Shown here: piece after piece, positions 31,792 to 41,198 of the stretch
Layout of the letters: each line of letters starts with the position of its first letter
Position numbering within the stretch: the first letter of the stretch is position 1
Assembly: GCA_024229515.1 (NCBI GenBank)
Contig: JAAESI010000071.1
Location: 4,023 to 68,022, forward strand
DNA: 64,000 bases
DNA from: Pseudomonadota bacterium
GTDB lineage: Bacteria > Myxococcota_A > UBA796 > UBA9615
Direction: 5' to 3'
Translations under genes and position numbers: made by a program
The notes under the pieces: model-generated
What the model was told of the DNA's origin: nothing
Seen by the model: only the letters and a program-made list of their open reading frames with translations
Database searches by the model: none

Positions 31792-32474
31792 CGCTTGCGT
31801 GCGACCCAGGTGACGCGGGCCTCGTTGGGGCCGATGTTGGGGATGCGTTGGGCGCTGAAGCCGTGGGCCTGCAACAGGGAGGTCATCGCTTCATCGGTGA
31901 AGGTCGCGAGCGCGTGGCGCGCCCGGATCGCCCGGTACGGCGAGGCCAGCAGCGTCGCCGTGCTCCACAGCCGCTCCGCCAGCGTGCGCGGGGTGATCGT
32001 GCGCGGCAGGAAGTCACGCAGGTCCTCCCGCAGCCCCGTGCCCGGCGGGATGACGTCGCCCAGCACGAGCGCTCCGCCGGCCTTCAGCTTGTCCCGGGCC
32101 AACGCCAGGAGCGCCGCGAACTCGGCCTCGGTCAGGTACTGGGCCACGGAGAAGGCGGTGAAGCCCTGGGCGCTGGCGGGCTCGAGGTCCGCGATCGACG
32201 CCAGGTCGTGGACGGCCGTGTCCCAACGTTGGCTGGCGGAGGCGCGGTAGTGCGGCGACTGGTCGACCAGCACCACCTCGACGCCGCGGTCTCGGTAGAG
32301 CCCGGTGCCGAGGGCGTGCCCGCAGCCGAAGTCGATGACCCGGTCTCCCCGGTCGAGCCTCGCGAGGTGCAGCACGGCCCGCGCGGTCTCTTCGTTCTCG
32401 ACCCGCGTGCGTTCGTTGGCCGCCCACGCTCGGTGGGGGGCGGCCCAGAACCTGGCCCAGTCACTCGACGGCAT
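31788..32474 (-). CDS. Class I SAM-dependent methyltransferase
   Basis: VIDFGCGHA SAM-binding motif. The stop overlaps the oxidoreductase start by 4 bp. Start is taken at MPSSDWARFW. Confidence 0.8.
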   Translation of the reverse strand: MPSSDWARFWAAPHRAWAANERTRVENEETARAVLHLARLDRGDRVIDFGCGHALGTGLYRDRGVEVVLVDQSPHYRASASQRWDTAVHDLASIADLEPASAQGFTAFSVAQYLTEAEFAALLALARDKLKAGGALVLGDVIPPGTGLREDLRDFLPRTITPRTLAERLWSTATLLASPYRAIRARHALATFTDEAMTSLLQAHGFSAQRIPNIGPNEARVTWVARKR

Positions 32475-32565
32475 CGGGGCCACTCTAAGGGACCCCCCTG
32501 CTTCGGGGTAGACACCCCCCCGGACGCTCCCTAGTATCCGGCCGCCTTCCGGCCCGGAGTCCCTC

Positions 32566-33762
32566 ATGAACGAACCCTCCTCCGTCTTCGCCGAACTCGA
32601 CATCTACGACCTCGACGGCCTCCTCACCGACGAGGAACGCATGGTCCGCGACATGGTCCGGCGCTTCGTCGACGAGCAGGTCCTGCCCACCATCGAGCAG
32701 CACCACCGGGACGCGACGTTCCCGCGGCCGATGCTCAGGACGCTGGGCGAGCTCGGCCTCTACGGCATCCCGCTGAAGGGCTACGGCTGCCCCGGGCTCA
32801 GCAACATCGCCTACGGCGTCGCCATGATGGAGCTGGAGCGCGGCGACAGCGGGTTCCGGTCCGCGGCGTCGGTGCAGGGCTCGCTGGTCATGTGGCCCAT
32901 CCACGCCTACGGCTCCGAGGAGCAGAAGCAGAAGTACCTCCCGAAGCTCGCCAGCGGCGAGTTCATCGGCTGCTTCGGCCTCACCGAGCCCGACCACGGG
33001 TCCAACCCCGGCGGCATGCTCACGCGGGCGACGCGCACCTCGGACGGCTGGGTGCTCAACGGCGCCAAGATGTGGATCACCAACTCGCCGATCGCCGACC
33101 TGGCGATCGTGTGGGCCAAGGTCCGCGAGGACGACGGCAACGACACCATCCGCGGCTTCGTCGTGGAGGCTGGCACCCCCGGCTTCTCCGCCCCGACGAT
33201 CCACGGCAAGTGGTCGCTGCGCGCGTCGCTGACCGGCGAGCTGGTCTTCGAGGACGTCAAGCTCCCCGCCGACGCGATGCTCGCGCACTCGCCCAAGAAC
33301 CTGAAGGGGCCGCTGAGCTGCCTCACCCAGGCCCGCTACGGCATCACCTGGGGAGCCATCGGCGCCGCCCAGGCCTGCTTCGACAGCGCCCGCCGCTACT
33401 CGCTCGAGCGCTCCCAGTTCGGCAAGCCCATCGGTGCCTTCCAGCTGACCCAGCGCAAGCTCGCCAAGATGGCCGTGGACATCACCAACGCCCAGATGCT
33501 CTGCCACCGCCTCGGCACCATGAAGGACAACAAGACGATGACGCCCACGCAGGTGTCCGTCGCCAAGCTCCACAACGTCGACATCGCGCTGGACGCCGCC
33601 CGCGTCGCCCGTGAGATCCACGGGGCCATGGGGATCACCGACGAGTACCCCATCATGCGGCACATGATGAACCTCGAGTCGGTCAAGACCTACGAGGGCA
33701 CCAACGACATCCACACGCTGGCCATCGGCCGGTTCGTGACGGGGCTGTCGGCGTTCGCTTAG
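32566..33762 (+). CDS. Acyl-CoA dehydrogenase, glutaryl-CoA dehydrogenase-like
   Basis: ACAD N-terminal, middle and C-terminal domains (WITNS, YEGTNDIH). Confidence 0.93.
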   Translation: MNEPSSVFAELDIYDLDGLLTDEERMVRDMVRRFVDEQVLPTIEQHHRDATFPRPMLRTLGELGLYGIPLKGYGCPGLSNIAYGVAMMELERGDSGFRSAASVQGSLVMWPIHAYGSEEQKQKYLPKLASGEFIGCFGLTEPDHGSNPGGMLTRATRTSDGWVLNGAKMWITNSPIADLAIVWAKVREDDGNDTIRGFVVEAGTPGFSAPTIHGKWSLRASLTGELVFEDVKLPADAMLAHSPKNLKGPLSCLTQARYGITWGAIGAAQACFDSARRYSLERSQFGKPIGAFQLTQRKLAKMAVDITNAQMLCHRLGTMKDNKTMTPTQVSVAKLHNVDIALDAARVAREIHGAMGITDEYPIMRHMMNLESVKTYEGTNDIHTLAIGRFVTGLSAFA

Positions 33763-33783
33763 AGCTCAGGCGCAACTCAAAGA

Positions 33784-35550
33784 ATGCCCACCGAGGAGCC
33801 GGCGCCAGGAGGTGGGTGGCGGGCTCAGGCGGCCTGGGCCGCGATGGCGTGCGTCGTAGCCCTGGCCGCGCTGCGGCGCCTTAGCGCACACCCGAGCTTC
33901 TACTTCGACGGCGAAGCGTCCATCCCCGCCACCATCGGCCGGGAGCTGTGGCTTCACGGCGCCGATCTTGTCTTCCACTACAACCTGATCCCCTACCAGG
34001 GCTCGCTCGTGGTCGACCCGGTGCTGTCCTCGCTGGCCTACCGGGCGATCGGCGACCACGCGTTGGCCTGGTATGCGATTCCCATCGCCTACCTGGCGCT
34101 GGCTTCGTGGGCGGGGAGCGACCTCCTCGCCCGCGCTGTCGGCTCCGTAGCTGCCGTCGCCTGGCCCGTGCTCCTGATGACGCTCCCGTTCTTCATCCAG
34201 GACGGGTGGGTCCGCGGCGTGGGCGGTCACCCCGCGGCCGCTACATGGGGCCTCGCGGCGACGGCGCTGGCGGCGCGTGCCGATCGAGATGCTCGGTGGG
34301 CCTTCGCTGGCGGCTTCTTGCTCGCATTCGGGGCATGGCACGTGCGCAGCGCGGCCATCGCCACTCCGGCCCTTCTGCTCGCCGCCGCGACCGGAGGATG
34401 GCGGGGGCTCCGGGCAGCCGGCGCCGGGCTCCTCGGGTTCCCCCTCCTGGTCGGCGCCCACGCGGTCGTACTTCTCCGCACGGGGACCTTCTGGGACACC
34501 ATGGCGCCCAGCAACCTCCTGAACCTCATGCTTCGCCCAGCCGCGCAGGCGTCTGAACACGGCTTCACCACCCACGTGGGTCTGGCCAACGGGTGGCTCG
34601 CTGCCCCCGCGATGTTCCTGCAGCCCGCAAGCCCCGACGGCCCCACCATGCGCCCCGGGTGGCTTCTGTCTGGACGCATCTGGGCCGCCGCCTGGCTGGC
34701 GGCGCTTCCCGCCGCCCTCCTCGCGTGGCGATCACGTGATCGGGGCCTCGCCGATCTCCGGATCGCGGCCGCGCTCACGCTGCCCCTGACCTGGGGCCTG
34801 TTCATCCTCCTCAGCCGACATGGGGTCGACGACGCCTTGCCCCGGGAGATGCGAAACCTCCGGCCCCAGATGGACGCGCTGCCCCTGAACGCGAGCACGT
34901 ACCTGACGCCCGTCTACAGCCTGTACGTCTTTGGCCTGGCGCTGGCGGCCGGATTGGTGGCGGGGACCCGCGCGCGGTGGGTCGCAGTGCCGATGCTGGT
35001 CGTCCCGATCGCGATCGGAGCCTTCCACGCGGTCGGGGACCAGGGCGAGCGTGAGGAGACCCAGATCGGGGAGGTGGACGCGTGGTTCTACCCCGGCATC
35101 CAGCTGACTGGTCGTGTGCCGCCCGATGCCGTCCATCGGCGAAGCGTCGGGCGGGATCCAGACTCGGATGCCTACCACCTCGAGGCGTGGGCGTCCATGC
35201 TCCACCATGGCGGTGAGCTCATCACGTCCGATCCGTCTGGCCAGGCCGCTGCGCTCCAAGAGGCGATCGACGGCGGAGCTCTCACCGACGAGGCATCGGA
35301 GGTCCTGGCCCGCGCGCTCGGCCGAAACCTCGGCGGCGAGGCCGCGGGGGTGGACGAGGAGCGGCTCGGTGAACTCGCGCGCGGCATGCTGGCGGTTGCG
35401 ACCGAACTTCCCTATCCGCTGGACATGGAATACGTCACGGGGTTCGTTCAGCCCCTCGATCCTTCGGTCGCCGGCTCCGACCCGGCCGGCTGGCTGACCC
35501 GCTTGTGCCAACTGCCCGGGGTCGAGCCAGCGCCAGCGGTGTGTCGGTGA
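33784..35550 (+). CDS. Polytopic membrane protein (hypothetical; same architecture as 28461..30170)
   Basis: Multiple hydrophobic helices in the first roughly 400 aa and a soluble C-terminal domain ending in Cys-containing sequence. Confidence 0.6.
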   Translation: MPTEEPAPGGGWRAQAAWAAMACVVALAALRRLSAHPSFYFDGEASIPATIGRELWLHGADLVFHYNLIPYQGSLVVDPVLSSLAYRAIGDHALAWYAIPIAYLALASWAGSDLLARAVGSVAAVAWPVLLMTLPFFIQDGWVRGVGGHPAAATWGLAATALAARADRDARWAFAGGFLLAFGAWHVRSAAIATPALLLAAATGGWRGLRAAGAGLLGFPLLVGAHAVVLLRTGTFWDTMAPSNLLNLMLRPAAQASEHGFTTHVGLANGWLAAPAMFLQPASPDGPTMRPGWLLSGRIWAAAWLAALPAALLAWRSRDRGLADLRIAAALTLPLTWGLFILLSRHGVDDALPREMRNLRPQMDALPLNASTYLTPVYSLYVFGLALAAGLVAGTRARWVAVPMLVVPIAIGAFHAVGDQGEREETQIGEVDAWFYPGIQLTGRVPPDAVHRRSVGRDPDSDAYHLEAWASMLHHGGELITSDPSGQAAALQEAIDGGALTDEASEVLARALGRNLGGEAAGVDEERLGELARGMLAVATELPYPLDMEYVTGFVQPLDPSVAGSDPAGWLTRLCQLPGVEPAPAVCR

Positions 35551-35583
35551 CGCTGTCCCAACGCTCCGGCGTACCCTGACGCC

Positions 35584-36393
35584 GTGCGCCCCGAAACCCC
35601 GCTGGACCCCCCTCGGACCACGATCCAGCTGGACCGCGGCGCCCTCGCCTACACCGACACCGGCAGCGGCCGGACGGTGATCGCGATTCATGGGCTGCCC
35701 GCCAGCTCCCGGGACTTTCGCTGGTTCGACGCCGCCCTCGCCGGCCGGGTGCGGCTGATTCGGCTGGACCTCCCGGGCTTCGGGGAGAGCCCCCAGCACG
35801 CCCAGGGCGGCCGGACACTCCGCGATCTGGCCGAGGTCGTACGCGACTTCTGCGACGCCGCCGACCTCCACGATGCGTTGCTCCTGGGCCACTCCATGGG
35901 CGGGCCGGTGGCCCTCGACGCCGCCACGAGCTCCGACCGGATCCGGGCCGTCGCCCTGGTGAACTCGGCCGGACCGCGGCTCCACCGCAGCATCTTCCCG
36001 CGCGCCTACCGCCTGGTGATCTGGGCCGCTGACCTGCACCCCTGGATGCGACGCCTGCTCCTGTGGGTGGGTCGGCCGGTGGCGCGACTGGCGGGGTTCT
36101 CGAAGCACCTCGCCGACCACGAACTCCTCCGGTCGGCGCGGCTGTGCGGGGGGTTCGATCCGAGCGTCGTGGCGGCGCAGTTGGCCGCCCTGGACAAGCC
36201 GCTGCTCGTCGCCTGGGCTGAGGACGATCCTGCCGTCCAGAAGAGCGTGAGCGAGGCGCTGATCGCCTGCACCCCCGACTGCGAGCCGCTGCGCTTCGAG
36301 ACGGGCGGCCACAACCTGCAGAGCACCCGAGCGACCGAGCTCGCCGACGCGCTCGCCGCCTGGAGCGACGCGCTGGGCCCGACCCCTGGCTAG
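35584..36393 (+). CDS. Alpha/beta hydrolase
   Basis: GHSMGG nucleophile elbow and an HGLP oxyanion region. Confidence 0.85.
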   Translation: MRPETPLDPPRTTIQLDRGALAYTDTGSGRTVIAIHGLPASSRDFRWFDAALAGRVRLIRLDLPGFGESPQHAQGGRTLRDLAEVVRDFCDAADLHDALLLGHSMGGPVALDAATSSDRIRAVALVNSAGPRLHRSIFPRAYRLVIWAADLHPWMRRLLLWVGRPVARLAGFSKHLADHELLRSARLCGGFDPSVVAAQLAALDKPLLVAWAEDDPAVQKSVSEALIACTPDCEPLRFETGGHNLQSTRATELADALAAWSDALGPTPG

Positions 36394-37355
36394 AAGCGCC
36401 CCTGCACCCCGGTCGGGGTGAACGCGATCCAGCCTCGCGGCTTCTTCTTGCCGTTCCGCATCGCCGTCGGGTCCCGCTCGTACGGCCAGTCCACCTTGTG
36501 GGCCAGCCCCGCGATGATCATCGCCACGCCCGCCCACTCCGCGATCGCACACACGATCGCGATGGGGTACTGCGCGCCCGTCCACACCGCCAGGGTGATG
36601 TTGCCGACCACCGGGATGGCCGTGACCCAAGCGCTGTAGTGCGGCACCGCGCCGTTGAGCACCAGCGCGCCGGCGTGGGCGAACCCGATGCCGTAGCCGC
36701 TGGCGAAGGACGCCACGCCGGCCGCCATGAAGCTGCGCCGGTTCTTCGTCCGCTCCTGCCACTGCCGGTACAGCCGGATCCGGGCCCGCTTCGCCGAGCG
36801 CTCCTGACGCTCCGCCAGCAGCCGGGCCTCCTCCTCGGGGCTCAACGGCGTGACCTCCGGGAGCTCGTCCGGGTTCTCCGACTCCGTCAGCGGCGCCGGC
36901 GTCTCCAGCCCCGGGGCGCTCAGCGGCGGCTCTCCGTCCGGCACACCCGGTCGGATGCGCAGCGGAACCGCCACCTCGAACGGCACCCGCCGCCCGGGCG
37001 TGTGCAGGCGCACCGCCTCATCCGCCGCGGTCGAGATGCGCGCCAACGACACGCCGTCCAACAGCAGCAGCCGGATCGACTCCACGCCGCTGTCCAGCTC
37101 CTGCTGCGTCGGCTCCTGGCCCACGCCCGTGTAGTACGCCTCCACCGTCGAGAGCATCTTCTGCGTGAGCAGGTCCGGCGCCGACGGCTCGCTGCCGTCG
37201 TCCAGCACCTCGCTGCCTTCGGGGACGGGCTCGGCCTCCGGGCTGGGCTCAGCCTCGGGCTCTTCGGTGGGCTCCGGATCGGGGGCGTCGCCCTGGGCCA
37301 GCGCCCCGGCGGGGACCAGCACCATCATCATCAGCAGCAGGCGCAGAACCGTCAT
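36390..37355 (-). CDS. Secreted/membrane hypothetical protein
   Basis: Signal peptide MTVLRLLLMMMVLVPAGALAQG, a Pro/Glu-rich linker and C-terminal TM helices. The ATG overlaps the upstream stop as ATGA. Confidence 0.55.
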   Translation of the reverse strand: MTVLRLLLMMMVLVPAGALAQGDAPDPEPTEEPEAEPSPEAEPVPEGSEVLDDGSEPSAPDLLTQKMLSTVEAYYTGVGQEPTQQELDSGVESIRLLLLDGVSLARISTAADEAVRLHTPGRRVPFEVAVPLRIRPGVPDGEPPLSAPGLETPAPLTESENPDELPEVTPLSPEEEARLLAERQERSAKRARIRLYRQWQERTKNRRSFMAAGVASFASGYGIGFAHAGALVLNGAVPHYSAWVTAIPVVGNITLAVWTGAQYPIAIVCAIAEWAGVAMIIAGLAHKVDWPYERDPTAMRNGKKKPRGWIAFTPTGVQGRF

Positions 37356-38257
37356 GCGTTGCCTCCATAGAGCTCGGCGAGCCCCTCTTCCAGGGGACGA
37401 GGATCCCACGCGAGGTCGCGCCGCGCGGGCTGAATGTCGACCTCCGTGTCCTGGAGGAACGCCATCACCTGGTCGACGTTGATGAACGGGTGCCGCTGCA
37501 GCCGCCCCAGGATGCGCGCCCCCCCGATCGCCAGCGGCGCCGGCACGTGCAGCGCCCGCGACTCCGTCCCCTGGGCCCGACCGAGCACGTAGATGAAGTC
37601 GTCGAAGCTCAGCGGCTCCGGTCCGGCGACGTCGTAGGTCCGCCCCGCCGTCTCCGGTGAATCCAGCAGGCGGAGCACGAAGTCGACGAAGTCGTGCACG
37701 AACACCGGCCGCATGAGCGACTTGCCCCGCCCCGGGATCGGCACGCGCGAGAACTTCGCCACCACCTGGGCGAACAGGTCGAACTCCTTGGAGCCGTGCC
37801 CGTAGATCATCGTCGGGCGCAGGTGGGTGACCGCCAGAGACGGGTCCGCGAACTCGGCCTCGGCCTCCTGCTTGGTGCGTCCATAGGCGTCCTGCAGCTT
37901 CCTTCCCGCGCACGTAGAGGAGACGTTCAGAATCCTCGTCAGGCCGACCTCTCGGGCCGCCGCGACCAGGTTCCGGGAGCCGACCACGTTGATCTGGTGG
38001 TTGAGGTCCTCGTCCGAGGAGTCCGCCACGGCCGCCAGGTGGATGACCGCCTCACACCCCTTCAAGGCGCGTACCAGCGTCGGGGGCTGCATGAGGTCGC
38101 CCACCACCAGGTCCGCGCCCGCCACCTTCAGCGGCTTGCCCCGGTCGGCGCGGCGGCAGAACGCGTTCACCGTGTTGCCCCGCTCCAGCAGCGCCGGCAC
38201 CAGGTACTTGCCGACGAACCCCGTCGAGCCCGTCACCGCGATTCGTCCCTCGAGCAT
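37352..38257 (-). CDS. NAD-dependent epimerase/dehydratase family (SDR) protein
   Basis: GSTGFVG Rossmann motif and a YxxxK-like region. Confidence 0.85.
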   Translation of the reverse strand: MLEGRIAVTGSTGFVGKYLVPALLERGNTVNAFCRRADRGKPLKVAGADLVVGDLMQPPTLVRALKGCEAVIHLAAVADSSDEDLNHQINVVGSRNLVAAAREVGLTRILNVSSTCAGRKLQDAYGRTKQEAEAEFADPSLAVTHLRPTMIYGHGSKEFDLFAQVVAKFSRVPIPGRGKSLMRPVFVHDFVDFVLRLLDSPETAGRTYDVAGPEPLSFDDFIYVLGRAQGTESRALHVPAPLAIGGARILGRLQRHPFINVDQVMAFLQDTEVDIQPARRDLAWDPRPLEEGLAELYGGNA

Positions 38258-39069
38258 CAGGCCAGTCCTCGTTCGTCCAGATCGTGTTCGTCGAGCCCCA
38301 GGAAGTGGCCGACCTCATGATGGAGCGTGATCCGGACCTGCTCCGCCATCGTGCGGCTGTCCGGGCAGACCCGCTCCAGGTTCCGTTGGTACAGGTAGAC
38401 GTGCGGGCCGCCCTGGACCCCCATCATCGAGTCCGTCGCCTGCAGATCGGCCCACGTCGGTCCGTCGAACAGGCCCAGCAGGCGGGGGTCCCAGGGGGCG
38501 TTGTCCAGGATCCAGACGTCGGGGTAGTCCTGCACGAACACGGGCACGTCCTTGGCGGCCTCCTGGACCGGCTCTGGCAGCGCCGCCATCGCGCGATCCG
38601 CCCACTTGCTGATCTGCTCGTCCGCGTACCGCAGGGGGGGCTGCTCGGGGGCCGTGTCGATCTCGTAGACCTCCGTGAACGCCGCCCGCATGCCCGCCAG
38701 ATCACCCGTCATTTCGCGCGCGACCGCGAGGTCGTACCAGGCATCCGCGAAGTCCTGGTCGAGGAAGCAGGCTTCCTCCAGGTGGCCGACGGCCTCTTCG
38801 ATCTGCCTTGTCTCCAGCAGGGTCCAACCCAGCGCGTGGTGGAGATCGGCCGATTCGGGGAACCGCTCGACGCCACGGCGAGCCGCCTTCAACGCGGCGG
38901 TCAGGTCCTCGTCCATGGCTGCGAGCCGCCACCGCCCGAACGCGGCCTCGCCGTCGTCCTGCCCGGACTCCATCTTCGCGAGGAGTCGGGAGGCGCGACG
39001 CACGTCTCCGTGGTCGACGCTGGCGTGGAATCGCTCCAGCAGCCGATCCCGATCGTTCAGGGGCTTCAC
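38257..39069 (-). CDS. TPR-containing zincin-like metallopeptidase family protein
   Basis: C-terminal HHEVGHFLGL (HExxH) motif. The stop overlaps the epimerase start (TGATG). Confidence 0.7.
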   Translation of the reverse strand: MKPLNDRDRLLERFHASVDHGDVRRASRLLAKMESGQDDGEAAFGRWRLAAMDEDLTAALKAARRGVERFPESADLHHALGWTLLETRQIEEAVGHLEEACFLDQDFADAWYDLAVAREMTGDLAGMRAAFTEVYEIDTAPEQPPLRYADEQISKWADRAMAALPEPVQEAAKDVPVFVQDYPDVWILDNAPWDPRLLGLFDGPTWADLQATDSMMGVQGGPHVYLYQRNLERVCPDSRTMAEQVRITLHHEVGHFLGLDEHDLDERGLA

Positions 39070-39152
39070 TTGGGGTTGCTCATCGGCTAATCAGGGCAAC
39101 CCGCGTCGGCCCTGGCCGGTGCGAATCACCCTCCTACAGTAGCGGAACGCCC

Positions 39153-41198
39153 GTGACTGAACCGACCCTCCGCCAAGACCCCGTCCGCTTCGACGGCCGG
39201 ATCCTGTTCCTCACCGACGACCCGGAGCTGCTCCGCTACCAGTTGGACGGCAACGATTTGGATGGGATCCCGGCCCTCGACAGCCTCGTGGACAACATCT
39301 CCACGGACGAGATCACCCCCGGCTGGGTCTGCTTCTATTACGACGAGACGCTGGGCCACTACTCGCTGGTCGGCCTCCGCGGCGGAACCGTCAAGCCGGG
39401 CGACCTCCGAGGCGGCGGCTTCAAGGTCATCGTCTCCGGCCTGAGCAAGGGCTGCGGGAGCTCCCGCGAGACCGCCCCCTACAGCGAGTTGTGGGCCGGC
39501 GTGGACCTCGTCATCGCCCGCTCCGTGGAGAAGATCTACGGCCAGAACTCGCAGAACATCGGCCTGCTGACGTCCAACGACTTCGGCCTCATCGACCGGA
39601 TCCGCGCCGGGGAGTCGATCCCCCTGTCCGAGTTCACCGCCGGGCTCGACCCCATCGCCACCGACATCGTCCGCTACGGGGGCCTGTTCAACTACAACAA
39701 GGCCCGCCTCGCCGGTCAGGTCACCCCGCCCCAGATCACCACCGCCGCGCGGCCCATGAACCTGGCGGAGAAGATCCTCGCCTCCAAGGCCGTCGTGGAC
39801 GCCGCCACCGGCACCCTCGGCCTGGACGCGGTCAAGCCCGGCGACGCCTTCTTCGTGCGCGCCGACACCCGCTTCAGCCACGACTACACCACCGCCATGG
39901 GCGACTCGCTGTTCAGCCAGGCGCTGGGCGAGGACGCGAAGGTCACCGACCCCGAGTCGGTCTACGCCTTCCGCGACCACCTCACCTTCCTCGGCGACGT
40001 CATGGCTCCCAAGCACCGCAAGCTGGGGCTGCTGGAGAAGGCCGACGGGCTCGCCACCTCGCAGCGCGCGTTCGCGGCCAAGCAGGGCGTCCGGCTCTAC
40101 GACGAGATCCAGAACCCGGACGGCACCAAGGGGTCCGAGGCGATCTGCCACAACGCCGTGCTCGAGGACATCGCGCTGCCCGGCGACGTGGTCGTCGGCA
40201 CCGACTCCCACACCTGCACCGCGGGCGCGCTCGGCACCTTCGCCTTCGGCGTCGGAACCACCGACATGGCCAACGCCTGGTACGCCAAGGACGTGCGCGT
40301 GCGTGTGCCCGAGTCGGTGCGCTTCCAGATGACCGGCAAGCCGTCCCCGGACGTCACCGCCAAGGACGTCATCCTCCACATCATGGCGCTCCCCTACATC
40401 AAGGAGAGCAAGGCGATCGGGCAGGTCCTGGAGTTCGCCGGTCCGGGGCTCAAGCACCTCAACTTCGACGAGCGCGCGACGCTGACCAACATGGCCGTCG
40501 AGGCGGGCGCCTTCACCGGCGTCATCGAGCCCGACGAGGAGGTCGTCCGCTACCTGCAGGCGGTCCGTCCCGGGCTCGCGCGGGAGACCATCGAGGCCGG
40601 CTTCCTCCGGTCGGACGAGGGCGCCGAGTACGCCGCCACCTTCGACATCGACCTCAGCGCCATCGTGCCGATGGTGGCCACCCCCGGCGACCCCCGCAAC
40701 GGCGTGCCGTTGGTCGATCTCGGCGAGCGGATCGACATCGACATCGCCTACGGCGGCTCCTGCACGGGCGGGAAGATGACCGACATGGACCTGTACGCGT
40801 CCGTGCTCGAAGGGGCCGTCGCCAACGGTCTCCGGGTGCCCGATACGGTCGATGCCTACATCCAGTTCGGGAGCCAGAAGATCAAGGAGTACGCCCGGGC
40901 CAAGGGCTACACCGATCTGTTCGCCGCCGCCGGCGTGCAGACGATCGAGCCCTCCTGCGGCGCCTGCATCAACGCCGGCCCCGGCGTGTCGGACACGGCC
41001 GACAAGGTGACGGTCTCCGCGATCAACCGGAACTTCCCCGGCCGATCGGGGCCCGGTGACGTCTACCTCGCCAGCCCGCTGGTGGTCATGGCGTCGGCGC
41101 TCGCGGGGTACATCGTTCGACCCGAGGACTTGCCGGGCGAGGCGGGTACCATGGAGGAGTGCGCGCCTCCCTCGTTGTCTTCGTCGCCCTCGCTCTAG
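39153..41198 (+). CDS. Aconitase/3-isopropylmalate dehydratase family protein with the swivel domain at the N-terminus followed by catalytic domains 1-3
   Basis: N-terminal LeuD-like motifs (NISTDEITP, GCGSSRE), then DSHTCTAG, SCGACI and NRNFPGRSG, which match the aconitase Fe-S ligand regions. GTG start. Confidence 0.85.
   Translation: MTEPTLRQDPVRFDGRILFLTDDPELLRYQLDGNDLDGIPALDSLVDNISTDEITPGWVCFYYDETLGHYSLVGLRGGTVKPGDLRGGGFKVIVSGLSKGCGSSRETAPYSELWAGVDLVIARSVEKIYGQNSQNIGLLTSNDFGLIDRIRAGESIPLSEFTAGLDPIATDIVRYGGLFNYNKARLAGQVTPPQITTAARPMNLAEKILASKAVVDAATGTLGLDAVKPGDAFFVRADTRFSHDYTTAMGDSLFSQALGEDAKVTDPESVYAFRDHLTFLGDVMAPKHRKLGLLEKADGLATSQRAFAAKQGVRLYDEIQNPDGTKGSEAICHNAVLEDIALPGDVVVGTDSHTCTAGALGTFAFGVGTTDMANAWYAKDVRVRVPESVRFQMTGKPSPDVTAKDVILHIMALPYIKESKAIGQVLEFAGPGLKHLNFDERATLTNMAVEAGAFTGVIEPDEEVVRYLQAVRPGLARETIEAGFLRSDEGAEYAATFDIDLSAIVPMVATPGDPRNGVPLVDLGERIDIDIAYGGSCTGGKMTDMDLYASVLEGAVANGLRVPDTVDAYIQFGSQKIKEYARAKGYTDLFAAAGVQTIEPSCGACINAGPGVSDTADKVTVSAINRNFPGRSGPGDVYLASPLVVMASALAGYIVRPEDLPGEAGTMEECAPPSLSSSPSL

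Noticed and set aside
36418-37370. Plus-strand ORFs 36418..36639, 36498..37370 and 36850..37134
   Set aside because: They overlap the minus-strand secreted/membrane protein gene 36390..37355, which has a clear signal peptide and is translationally coupled to the upstream epimerase gene. These plus-strand ORFs are shadow frames.
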